A stretch of DNA of 64,000 nt from Flaccisagitta enflata (lineage: Eukaryota): NCBI GenBank assembly GCA_965153355.1, contig OZ231126.1, positions 44,020,001-44,084,000 of the forward strand, written 5' to 3'. Shown one piece after another: positions 12,227 through 23,204 of this stretch. Made by a program: the position numbers and the translations under genes. The notes under the pieces are model-generated. The model was given only the letters and a program-made list of their open reading frames with translations. It was not told the origin of the DNA and searched no databases. The first letter of the stretch is position 1; each line of letters begins with the position of its first letter.

Positions 12227-15200
12227 TCTCCCTCTCCCCTCTCTCTCTCTCTCTCTCTCCACTCTCTCCCTCTCTCCCTCTCTCCCTCTCTCTCCCTCTC
12301 TCTCTCTCTCCCCGTTTTCCTTTACTACAACTCTCGCCCCAACGCCATCGTAGACATGGGGGTCCGAACGACGAGTCATGAGTTGCTGTCCTACACGCGC
12401 AGTTCCAAGTTTTCCGCCACGGGCCGTCTGGGCATCAAGATCGCTAAAGAATTGGTCGATGTCGAAGTCTCAGGTGCCTTCTTGCAGAGAATTCATGTGA
12501 AAGGGGTGGTAAGCAATTGCATGACATGCTTAAGATTGACGACAGAACTTTGCTTGATCATGAGTGCATGCACTTGAATGTTCGTTAAAGATATTTGGAC
12601 TTACGCTTGTTGCGCTTTGATGTTTTGACCCCCAGGCGAAGATATGGTGGAGCTGGAGGCCGATTTAGGGCGAATGGACAAATTGGAGGCGGAAGCTGAT
12701 GACCTCTCCGACGCTCTGCAAGTACTTAAGTTTTGATGTTCACTCAATTGCCGCATGACCAAGCCGTTTCTTCCTGTCCAATAGGCTTCAATAGGCTTTT
12801 TCGATAGCAAAAAGAGTTAGTTTTCAAGTTTGTGCCTATATCTAGTCCAGTCCGGTCCACTCCTCAAAGCTCCAAATTTCTGACTCATCTCTACAACTAG
12901 TATTGAAATAGTTAAGATTGACGCTAAACGCGTATACGTATGCTAGTATTACTTTTTGTCCGCGACGGAATACCATTCCGACGCGGACTATAATTCGAGG
13001 CGGGTGGGTGTCGTCGTTGTCGTTGTCGTCGTTGTCGTCGTCGTTGTCCACACTTTTAAAAATGGGCTAACTTTTGAACGCCTTGACCGATTTGCTTCAT
13101 ATTTGGAGGGAAGTTGTACTAGGGTAAGCCGCTTTACATCCTATGCGTATGTTATGATCCGACCCACCCAACCGGCCCAACCAGCCTACCAGCCTAAAAG
13201 TGAAAAACGTGCATAACTTTGGCATTTTTCAACCGATTTGGTTGAAACTTGGTATGTAGTCTCTAAATGGAAGGACTCAACATATGTATTTGATTTGTAC
13301 AGATTTTAGCATGTTAACCAGCCAAACCGGCCTACCACCCAACCAGCCTACCAGCCTAAAAGTTAAAAACGTGCATAACTTTGTCATTTTTCAACCAATT
13401 TGGTTGAAACTTGGTATGTAGTCTCTAAATGGAAGGACTCAACATGTGTATTTGAATTGTAAAGATTTTAGCATGCTAACCGGCCAAACCAGCCTACCAC
13501 CCAACTAAGCCTACCAGCCTAAAAGTAGAAAAATGTGCATAACTTTTACATTTTTCAATCAATTTGGTTGAAATTTGGTATGGAGTCTCTAAATGGAATG
13601 ACTCAACATATGTATTTGAATTGTAAATATTTTAGCATGCTAACCAGCCAAACCAGCCTACCACCCAGCTAGCCTACCGGCCTAAAAGTGAAAAACTTGC
13701 ATGACATTTTCAACCAATTTGGTTGAAACTTGGTATGTAGTCCCTAAATGGAAGGACTCAACATATGAATTTGATTTAAAAAAGATTTTAGCATGCTAAC
13801 TGGCCTACTTGCCAGCCAGCCAGCCTACTACCCTAAGAGTGAAAAATGTGCAAAATCTAAATCATTTTCAACCAATTCGGTTAAAACTTGGTATGTAGAC
13901 TCAAAATGAAACGACTCTATGTTTTTGTAAGTGATTTAACACAATTTTAGCATGCTAACCGGCAAAACCAATTTATTGCTCAACCACCTTACCTTCTGGG
14001 AAAAAAACTTGCAGAATTTTTGCCGTCTTTCACCAACGCCGTATGACAACGCCGTATAATGGCGCCATGTAACAGCGCCATATGACAACGCCGTATGACG
14101 TTGCCGTATGACAACGCCGTATGACAACGCCGTATGACAGCGCCGTTGTAAACAGCGCCGTTTGACAACGCCCGTTTAGCAACGCGCCGTATGACAACGC
14201 GTATTATTAGCGCCCATTATGACGCGCGCGTATGACAACGCCCGTATGACAGCATACGTATGACAGCGCCGTATGACAGCGCCGTGTAATAACGCGTTTG
14301 ACTTAACGCCGTTGACTCGCGCCGTTTGACAAGCGCCGTTTGACAACGCCGTTGACAACGCCGTTTGACAGCGCCGTTTGGCTCGCGCCGTTTGACAGCG
14401 CCGTTTAGCAAGCGCCCGTTTGACCTTGCCGTTTGGCTTAGCAGCCGTTTGACAGCGCCGTTTGACAGCGCCATTTGACAAGCGCCGTTTGACAACGTTT
14501 GACAGCGCCGTTGACAGCGCCGTTTGACAGCGCCGTATGACAACGCCGTATGACAACGCGCCCGTATGATCGCGCCGTGTAACCAACGCCGTATAAACAG
14601 CGCCCATTATGACAACGCCGTATGACAACGCCCGTGTAACAAGCGCCGTTTGACTTAGCATGTTTGGCAACGCCGTTTGACAACCGTTTGACAACGCCGT
14701 TTGACAGCGCCGTTTGACAACGCCGTTTGACAACGCCGTTTGGCAACGCCGTTTGACAACGCCGTTTGACTAACGCCCGTTTGACAACGCCCGTTTGACA
14801 ACGCCCGTTTGACAACGCCCGTTTGACAACGCCCGTTTGACAACGCCCGTTTGACAAGCGCGTTTGACAACGCCCGTTTGGCAATGCTGATTGACCCCAG
14901 TCGCCCGGACCCATACTCTTTCAAAGGTACAGCCAGTTTTACGTTTTAGCTCTATATCCTGACGATAAGAAACGGCATGAGTAATGCCGATCTTTCAGCG
15001 TTATTTGTCTAACTTTTAATTTGTTCTTAGGAGCGATTTATAAACTTATCGCACGATTTGGTGGAGGACGTTAAACGAGACCCTCGAAAATGTCTTTGCG
15101 TCGTTGTGGCGACCGCTGTCACCACCAAGGTCAGTTTACATGGCCATCACCATGGCTGTCACCACCAAGGTCAGTTCTCAGCTTACCAATTTGCTGTCAC

Positions 15201-17928
15201 CACCAAGGTCAGTTTACATGATATACATAGCCATCACCATGGCTGTCACCTCCAAGGTCAGTTCTCAGCTGACCAATTTGCTGGCACCACCAAGGTCAGT
15301 TTACATGGCTGTCACCACGGCTGTCACCACCGAGGTCAGTTCACAGCCCTAACCAATATGCCATCCGCAGTAGGGTGAAGTGGGGTAAAATGGGTCACTT
15401 TTTCGAATGTTTTTTGATATCGCGTAGTTTATTGAAAAAATGAAGAATTTTACGGATGGTTATGGACATTGTGTGTTTCCTCTACTACCACGAAAAAGGA
15501 AATTGCCTCCAAAAAGATCTGTGTAGGGGGCAGCCCTCCTTTTTGTGAACGGGTAAGTGACCCATTTTACCCCACCCAGGTGGGGTAAAGTGGGTCACCT
15601 ACTTTTTTTCAATAATATCCACAATTTTTTTATCTCAAGTGATCAATTCTTACGTATTAGTAAAAAAAGAATAGTTTTATACTACAGTTGAGCCAAAAGT
15701 TTTATCTAATGGCAAATATTGTTGAGTTTTGAATAAAATGATATGCAAATGATGTTTTGACATCAAATCAAAAATTTTCATCAAAAAACTTTATAAAAAG
15801 GATGGAAAAATATGAAAATGGGAAAAATTAGCTTTATATCATGTCCTTTAACCCATGAGCAGGGATAGAAAGCTTTTTGCTGAAACTTTTGTGATTTTAG
15901 CAGGGTGACCCATTTTACCCCACATTACTAAAAATTAATTTTTTAGCTTTTTTAGCTAAATATAGATAAAAACTAAAAAACATCACTGTCCCTGTTTGAC
16001 CACCCATATGTAGTATGTAGGCGATGGGCAATGATTGTCTTCCTCCATTTGGTCTCCACGGCAACCAGAAGTTGGTTTCATGACCAGCGACGCCGATTTT
16101 TTTTTTTATTTGTAAATATTATTGCATTACGCATCAGTGCATTTAAGAAATGGGGCAAATGTTTGTCTTGGAGGTACCACAAGGCATCCTTCTTTTCATA
16201 ACAGATGAAAAATTCACTTCATTTTCACTAGATTATTTCAGAATTAAAAAAAAGTTAAGTGACCCACTTTACCCCGCTGACCCATTTTACCCCACTCTAC
16301 CCTATGTGGTGAAATTCTACGCACAAAAAATGCAACGTTGCACCTCATCGATGGGTTTTGACATGCGCCCCCTCTTTATCGATATTGGGCAGCGATGCCA
16401 ATGATCTGACGTTTCTCATAATGAGTCATATGGGAAAATTTCTTTCACCTTTTATGCTTTCTCTCTAACCCCCCCCCCCACGCTCCTGGCTCAAATCCAA
16501 GTGAAAAAGCCCCCAGCCTAGCCTTTAGGCCTGCCTTACAGCCTAACTCAGCTGCGTGGCCTAAATTGTAGCCCAAAGGCCTTTATCATGATCACGAAAA
16601 CCGAAAGTTTCTCAGCGATTCCCCATGAGCCTAAGCATGGGACATTGGTCCCTCATGGGCCATTGCCTCTATCACTATCTTATCCCCATCTACAGTAATT
16701 TAGGGTAACGCTGTTGCAAAATTTACGTTGCAGGATGCAAACATCTCATCACGAAAGGACGTTGGTGGCAAAGCCGGTGTTGAGTTAAAACCTTACGCCA
16801 ACACCGACGTCAAAGTCGATAACGACTCTACCAACAAACTCGTTCTCCCGAAAGGTCATAACATACGCACGGTGTGGTGATTTCTACTTCGTAATATGTT
16901 CATGTTCATTAAATCGTGTGCACTTTTAGCTTTTAATTCGGATCTTTCATTTCTTTGTTTTTCTTCGCGTTTGGTCGTGCACTGTGCAGGAACGGCCATT
17001 GCTTATAGCGTTCGAGATTTATTGATTCAACCTGATGGCGGTGTGAAAGTGGTGCTTCTGGAAGGCGAGCAAGGTAAGGATGAGATTTCTTGGACATGCA
17101 GCAATTGGAAAAGGTCTATTCTATATATATAATTCTATCCATTAATAGGTCGTAATAAATTGAAATAATTAAAAATTAAAACACAGGAAATATATTGGTA
17201 AATACGGCCGAAAATTCATTTCTCATTTAATTTGGTTTTGTTGTGATGCTGTACTCTTTTTTCAAATTCTATGTGTCTCTCTATGAACCTTACTTTAGCT
17301 ACCTTACTGGCTAGCTCCCTTCTTCAACTATCTTACTCTGGCTACATTACTCTTTCGCAGGTGGATTTGTCTCCTTGGAGGACTCGCGCGAGGAGTCTAA
17401 AGTGGCGATGCATCTCGATTCACCGGCCGATGAGCTGTTCAAACCACTCACCTCCCTTGACACATCGGAAAAGTGGCATTTTCAACACGCTGTCTTAAAG
17501 GTACAAGAAAAGTATAATCATGAAGGTATGAGAAAAGTATTTGACTAGTCGTAAAGGCGTTAGATGTTCTGTGGTACCCACTGCCTACGGTATGGGGATG
17601 TAATGATAAGTGAGGCAGAGACTTTAAAGGGGCCATCAATCCAAATTCTGATCTGTTCTTAGAAGAATTGGTTTCAATATCCGTATTGGGGCCAAAAGGC
17701 TGAGTTAAGAGCTCTTGAAAGCTTCAAGACCAATGTGGTCCTTATAACTAGGGGCCGCTGTCCGCTATCATTAATAGTAAGAATTTTCACCGTTTTCGTT
17801 TCTATTTATCGTTCAAGGTGGCCTCCCACGCTGCCACAATACCCAAGTTGCTCTCAACGATGAAACATGCGCATTTCGCTCTGGAACGCGGGGCTAATGA
17901 TGAAACCATTCCTGCCAAGGACTTGGAG
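11765..17928 (+). CDS. GSDME: Gasdermin, GSDME/pejvakin-like; spliced and 3'-truncated (8 exons, 960 nt, 320 aa)
   Basis: Exons 11765-11963, 12354-12473, 12636-12721, 15031-15129, 16734-16854, 16990-17073, 17361-17500 and 17818-17928 join in frame through GT-AG introns. Translation: MFEAASESFVKAIGSETLIPITSIDRADNCQPLHVVVKKKRYWIWQSPKYQPTAFSLQEILTESSKDMGVRTTSHELLSYTRSSKFSATGRLGIKIAKELVDVEVSGEDMVELEADLGRMDKLEAEADDLSDALQERFINLSHDLVEDVKRDPRKCLCVVVATAVTTKDANISSRKDVGGKAGVELKPYANTDVKVDNDSTNKLVLPKGTAIAYSVRDLLIQPDGGVKVVLLEGEQGGFVSLEDSREESKVAMHLDSPADELFKPLTSLDTSEKWHFQHAVLKVASHAATIPKLLSTMKHAHFALERGANDETIPAKDLE. Motifs are collinear with GSDME/PJVK as recalled (MFAKATRNF, KKKRFWCWQRPKY, ERTINL, LCVL, TIAYGVIEL, GKQGGF). 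Confidence 0.9.
12354..12473 (+). CDS. GSDME: Gasdermin coding exon 2
   Basis: Acceptor cgtag; donor CAG/GTGCCT; 120 nt, phase 1 to 1; (D)MGVRTTSHELLSY...VDVEVS. Confidence 0.8.
12636..12721 (+). CDS. GSDME: Gasdermin coding exon 3
   Basis: Acceptor ccccag; donor CAA/GTACTT; 86 nt, phase 1 to 0; (G)EDMVELEADLGRMDKLE...ALQ aligns by eye to GSDME SFGTLRKQEVD. Confidence 0.78.
13181..13985 (+). repeat. ~162-bp tandem repeat, about 5 copies
   Basis: Unit ccagcctaccagcctaaaagtgaaaaacgtgcataac...ttggttgaaacttggtatgtagtctctaaatggaaggactcaac... starts at 13181, 13343 and onward. Confidence 0.9.
14030..14885 (+). repeat. 13-bp minisatellite (tgacaacgccgtt / tgacaacgccgta)n
   Basis: Directly visible; garbled mirror at ~20690-21455. 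Confidence 0.92.
15031..15129 (+). CDS. GSDME: Gasdermin coding exon 4
   Basis: Acceptor ttgttcttag; donor AAG/GTCAGT; 99 nt, phase 0 to 0; ERFINLSHDLVEDVKRDPRKCLCVVVATAVTTK. Confidence 0.85.
15112..15345 (+). repeat. Tandem duplications of the exon 4 end and its 5' splice site
   Basis: gctgtcaccaccaag/GTCAGT or close variants six times, with GT at 15130, 15170, 15208, 15257, 15295 and 15335. Confidence 0.9.
15371..16304. mobile_element. MITE in gasdermin intron 4
   Basis: TIRs TAGGGTGAAGTGGGGTAAAATGGGTCA / TGACCCATTTTACCCCACTCTACCCTA with TA at both ends; sub-terminal copies of gtgacccattttacccca. Confidence 0.8.
16734..16854 (+). CDS. GSDME: Gasdermin coding exon 5
   Basis: Acceptor ttgcag; donor AAG/GTCATA; 121 nt, phase 0 to 1; DANISSRK...NKLVLPK. 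Confidence 0.78.
16990..17073 (+). CDS. GSDME: Gasdermin coding exon 6
   Basis: Acceptor gtgcag; donor AAG/GTAAGG; 84 nt, phase 1 to 1; (G)TAIAYSVRDLLIQPDG...LLEGEQ matches the end of the gasdermin-N domain. Confidence 0.85.
17361..17500 (+). CDS. GSDME: Gasdermin coding exon 7 (linker and start of C-terminal domain)
   Basis: Acceptor tctttcgcag; donor AAG/GTACAA (phase 0). An alternative donor at 17526 is out of phase with exon 8. (G)GFVSLEDSREESKVAMHLDSPADELFKPL... Confidence 0.75.
17818..17928 (+). CDS. GSDME: Gasdermin coding exon 8 (last one visible)
   Basis: Pyrimidine tract followed by ag; open 111-nt frame; strong donor GAG/GTAAGT at 17929; phase matches exon 7. Confidence 0.6.
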
Positions 17929-18074
17929 GTAAGTTAATTTTGGAACAGTATTATTGGGTTGCCGGTGATAGGTAAAATGGGTCAATTGGCGTAATATGGG
18001 TACGCCCTAGGTGTGCATTTATCGCCGGCGTAACTAATCTGTTCTAACACCTCATCGCAACGAAATTAAATCAT

Positions 18075-21000
18075 TGGCATGCGTATTTCATCGTTAGTAT
18101 TGTGGCGCGTGAACACCTGAACGATAAATAGAAACGGCATCAATGCCACTATTAATGATAGCGGACAGCGGCCCCTAGTTATAAGGACCACATTGGTCTT
18201 GAAGCTTTCAAGAGCTCTTAACTCAGCCTTTTGGCCCCAATACGGATATTGAAACCAATTCTTCTAAGAACAGATCAGAATTTGGATTGATGGCCCCTTT
18301 AAAGTCTCTGCCTCACTTATCATTACATCCCCATACCGTAGGCAGTGGGTACCACAGAACATCTAACGCCTTTACGACTAGTCAAATACTTTTCTCATAC
18401 CTTCATGATTATACTTTTCTTGTACCTTTAAGACAGCGTCCTTTAAGACAGCGTGTTGAAAATGCCACTTGTCCGATGTGTCAAGGGAGGTGAGTGGTTT
18501 GAACAGCTCATCGGCCGGTGAATCGAGATGCATCGCCACTTTAGACTCCTCGCGCGAGTCCTCCAAGGAGACAAATCCACCTGCGAAAGAGTAATGTAGC
18601 CAGAGTAAGATAGTTGAAGAAGGGAGCTAGCCAGTAAGGTAGCTAAAGTAAGGTTCATAGAGAGACACATAGAATTTGAAAAAAGAGTACAGCATCACAA
18701 CAAAACCAAATTAAATGAGAAATGAATTTTCGGCCGTATTTACCAATATATTTCCTGTGTTTTAATTTTTAATTATTTCAATTTATTACGACCTATTAAT
18801 GGATAGAATTATATATATAGAATAGACCTTTTCCAATTGCTGCATGTCCAAGAAATCTCATCCTTACCTTGCTCGCCTTCCAGAAGCACCACTTTCACAC
18901 CGCCATCAGGTTGAATCAATAAATCTCGAACGCTATAAGCAATGGCCGTTCCTGCACAGTGCACGACCAAACGCGAAGAAAAACAAAGAAATGAAAGATC
19001 CGAATTAAAAGCTAAAAGTGCACACGATTTAATGAACATGAACATATTACGAAGTAGAAATCACCACACCGTGCGTATGTAATGACCTTTCGGGAGAACG
19101 AGTTTGTTGGTAGAGTCGTTATTACATCGACGACGTCGGTGTTGGCGTAGACTACCTCAGCGCAAGCTTTGCCATCACTCGTGTGGATGTTTGCGTCACT
19201 GCGAACACTGCAGCGGCGTCCCTTTCATTACCAATGAATAAGATAGTGATGGCAATGGCGAACAATGTCCGTATTAAATATAGAGACTGAGGCTTTCGGT
19301 TTTCATGATCATGATAAAAGACGTTTAGTTTACAATTGAGCCACGCAACTGAACTGGAAAAGCAGGCCTAAAGAGCAGGCTGAGACAGGCAAATGAAGCA
19401 TAAAAGGTGAAGAAATTTTCCATATAACTCATTAAAAGCATCGAATCATTAACGTGCTTTACCCAATATCGTAAAGAAGAGGCGCAATGTCAAAACCGTG
19501 ATGGTGCAGCTGTTGTAAATTTCACCACGTGGTAAATGGTAAAATAGTCAGCAGGTAAGGTCACAATTCTAAGTAATCTAGTGAAATGAAGCAATTTTTC
19601 ATCTGTTATGAAGGATACTTGTTTAATGTACTCCAAGACAGAGCATTGCTATTTCTTTAAATGCACTGATAAATACTAATAATATTTATCAGTAAAAAAG
19701 TAAAATGCAGTCATGAAGCCCAGGCACTTCTGGTGCCGTGGAGACCAGGTGGAAGGAAGACAGTCATTGCCCATCTTCATACTACATATAGATGATTAAA
19801 ACAGGGGACAGTGATATTTTTAGTTTTTATCATATTTAACTAAAATTAATTTTGGTAATGGAGCAAATGGTCACCTATTCTCACAAAAGTTTCAGCAAAA
19901 AACTTTCTATCCGTCATGTAAAGACATGATAAACTAATTTTCCATTTTATAAAAGTTTTTATTAATTTTGATTTGTCAAGGCATGTTGCATATCATTTTA
20001 TTCAAAACTCAACAACCATTAGATAAAGCTCAACTAACCAATCTCAGCTTTCTTTTATAATACATAAGTGATCACTAATTAAAAAAATTGTGAATATGAA
20101 ATGAAAAAGTAGGTATTTGCCCACCTGGGTAATATAGTGCAAAAGGAGGGCTACCTACCTTCTTTGGAAGGCAATTCACCTTTTTCGTATTGTGAAACAC
20201 AATGTCCATAACCATCGTAATTATTTCATTTTCAATAAACTACGCGATATCAAAACGTCGAAGCGGTATTGCTTCACTACTGCAGATGAAGACGAAGGGC
20301 TGACCTCGGCGCCGTATTGACTGGCGCCATAAACTGACGCTGATGCCAGCAGTTGGTGGCTGAGGCTGACCTTGGAGAGCGGCAGCCCTGGTGATGGCCT
20401 ATGTAAGAGCGCGGTGTGACCTTTAAATTGGCAAGCTGAAGAGCAAGGTAACCATGTGTGTATATGCTGACCTTGGTGGCCGACGGCGGTCGCCGCAACG
20501 GCGCAAGATTTTCGGGGTCTCGTTGCGTCTCCGCAAATCATTGCGATAAGTTATCGGCGCTCTAAACAAATTAAAGTTGAACAAGCAACACTGAAAAGGT
20601 ATCGGCGTCCTCAGTGCCGTTTATCAGGTTTGATAGTAGAGGGTAGCAAAACGTAAAATCGTCGCGTAGGTCCGCGACTGAGATTAATCAGCGGTATCAA
20701 GCGGCGTTGATCAAGCGGCATTATCAAACGGCGTTGTCGAAGCGGCGTTAATCAAGCAATGATAACTGGCGTTGTCAAGCGGCGTTGTCAAGCGGCGTTA
20801 ATCAAATGCAACGTCTGGCGGCGTTGTGCCGGCGTTGTCGCGAAGCGTTATCCGGCAACGTTAATCAGAAACGTTAATCTGCGTATCGCGGCGTTATCCT
20901 GCTGGCGTTAATCATCATCTCTGGCGGTAATCTATGCGGCGTTAATCTCCTGGCGTATCTGGCGTAATCCTCTGGCGATTATCCTCGGCGCTGTCATGGC

Positions 21001-23204
21001 GCTATCAAAACTGCGCTGTCAAGCGGCGTTAATCAAGCAGCGTTAATCAAATGGCGTTAATCGCAGCGTTAATCTTTAGCGTTAATCGCTGTGCGCAGCC
21101 TGGTCTATCTGGCGTTAATCGCTGGCGTTATCAAAAAGCGGCGTGCGGCGACCATCCAGCTGGCGTTATCAAAGCGGCGTTATCAGCGGCGATATCAACG
21201 GCGTTATCGCCAGCGACCAATCTGTCTATTATCCTCTGGCGGTCGATCATCCTGGCGTTAATCCTCCTGGCGTGTCATATGCGGCGTTAATCATGCGACG
21301 TTGTCGCGGCGTTGTAATCCAACGGCGTTAATCAAGCGGCGTTATCTGGCGTTGTCATCTGGCGTTATCGCGGCGTTGTCATACGGCGTTGTCATACGGC
21401 GTTGTCATGGCGTTGTCATATGGCGTTGTCATATGGCGTTAATCTCTGGCGTTGATGAGCGGCAAAATTCTGCAGTTTGAAGCGTAAGGTGGTGACAATA
21501 ATTGGTTTTGCGGTGCTTATGCTAAAATTGTGTTGACGCTTACAAACATAGTCGTTCGACAGTCTACATCTCCAATTTAACCAGTGATTGAAAGCTAATT
21601 TGCACATTCCTCTTAAGTAATGAAACTGGCTAACAACAGTGACTCAGTTATGTCTTAAGATGTTTTAAATCAAATTCATATGTTGAGTCCTTCCATTAGA
21701 GACTATACCAAGTTTCAACCAAGTGGTGAAAAACCAGTTGGCCTGATGGCTGGTTTGGGTGGCAAACTGGTTTGCTGGTGCTGTGTCTTTACAGTGTCCT
21801 ATGTTGTCTTTTCCATTAAAACTATCTCAGATTTCAACCAAATCATTGAAAAATGTAGAGATTATGCACATTTTCACTTACAGGCTGTTAGTATGACCAG
21901 GCTGGTTTTGTAGTGTATACCAAAAAATCTTGCAGTTAAAATACGCATGTTGATCCTTCATTAGACTTCATACAGACCAACAAGTGTGAAAAATGACAAA
22001 GTTAATACTGCATTTTCAACTTTTGGCTGGTAAATATTAAAATCTGCTTCATCAATATCTTCTAGCAAGACACATACAAAGATTTCAACCAAATCGGCAA
22101 ATGCCAAAGATTATTTTCACTGTGTGTGAATAGTCAGATCACTAACTTTACACTCAGGATGAAGCAGCTATAGTATAACTTCCTCAAATATGGCGCGACC
22201 AGGCATTCAGGCCAGCCCATTTTTAAAAGTGGACAACATTTATTCTTTGACTGATAACATTTCTTTTGAAACACCCATAACCTCGAATCACTTTGGAATG
22301 AGGTACTAGAACAAAAAACACTAACATACGTATGCACGTTGTAATCTTAACTATTTCAATACTAGTGTAAATGAAGTCAGAAATTTGGAGCTTTGAAGTG
22401 GACGAACTGAACTAGATATAGGCAGCAGTAACTCTTTTATATCGAAAAAGCCTATTAAGCTTTTTCTATTGATGAAAAAGGCAGCTAATCTGTGCTGATG
22501 AACATCAAAACTTAGTACTTGCGAAACGTCGGCGTCATCAGCTTCCGCCTCAATTCTCATTCATCGGCACTCCCTTCACCGTAATCTTAAAGCGCAGAGT
22601 CAAGAACATCAAGCAGCAAGCGCAGTCTATTAGCGCAACGAACATTCAGAATGCGTGCACTTCATGATCAATATCGTCGTGTAAGCGTATTAAATACAGT
22701 GCTACCGCCCCTACGTAAATTCTCTGCAGAAAGGCACCTGGTCGACATCGACCCAGCGATGTGAAAACGGAACTGCGCGGTAACTCATGATATAATTCAG
22801 ACCCCGTATTACGATGGCGTTGGAGGCGAGAGATATAATGGAAAACGGGAAGAAGGGAGGAGAGAGGAGAAGGAGGAGAAAGAGGAGAAGGAGGAGGGGA
22901 ATAAATCAGATTCAATTTTTGTGTGTCACTAACAGATAAACGCAATTTCACGACTGTGGATGATCAGGTGGCGAGTGCGATGGTGTGAGATGAAGTCAGG
23001 GATTCTGGTAAAGCGCGCACTGGCTGATAATTAATCTCGCAGCGCGGAACCGGTTAAAATCTCTTGCGTGAAAACGGTGGATGATATTTCGGCGATTGCA
23101 TATCAATATCTCTTTTTCTTGACGACGACGTGCAGTGGTTGACCGGTGATCGTGGACGATAAAGTTTCACTCGATCGTGACAAACGACTCGGACGCCGCC
23201 TCAT
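18075..23204 (-). pseudogene. Mirror copy of the gasdermin exons in the inverted arm (error-ridden, probably artefactual)
   Basis: Exon 7 (18426-18580, with a 15-nt duplication) and exon 6 (18868-18951) are near-identical to the left arm. Exons 1-5 are recognisable but full of small deletions (e.g. 23100-23204 is the reverse complement of exon 1). Confidence 0.7.

Larger units (their letters stand above)
12953..14940 (+). mobile_element. Helentron-associated (HINE/DINE-like) non-autonomous element in gasdermin intron 3
   Basis: T-run, hairpin gtccgcgacggaat..attccgacgcggac, (GTC/GTT)n microsatellite, internal tandem arrays, sub-terminal gtcgc(cc)ggac at ~14900, T-run end. Confidence 0.6.

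Noticed and set aside
13181-14885. CRISPR-like regular repeats
   Set aside because: Head-to-tail tandem units with no unique spacers, in an intron-containing eukaryotic context and with no cas genes.
14176-14924. Overlapping minus-strand ORFs of 89-185 aa
   Set aside because: Translations of the 13-bp minisatellite.
18075-23204. A second gasdermin paralogue on the minus strand
   Set aside because: Introns and repeats are near-identical in some blocks, while exons are garbled by indels in others. This fits an artefactual mirror, not a paralogue.
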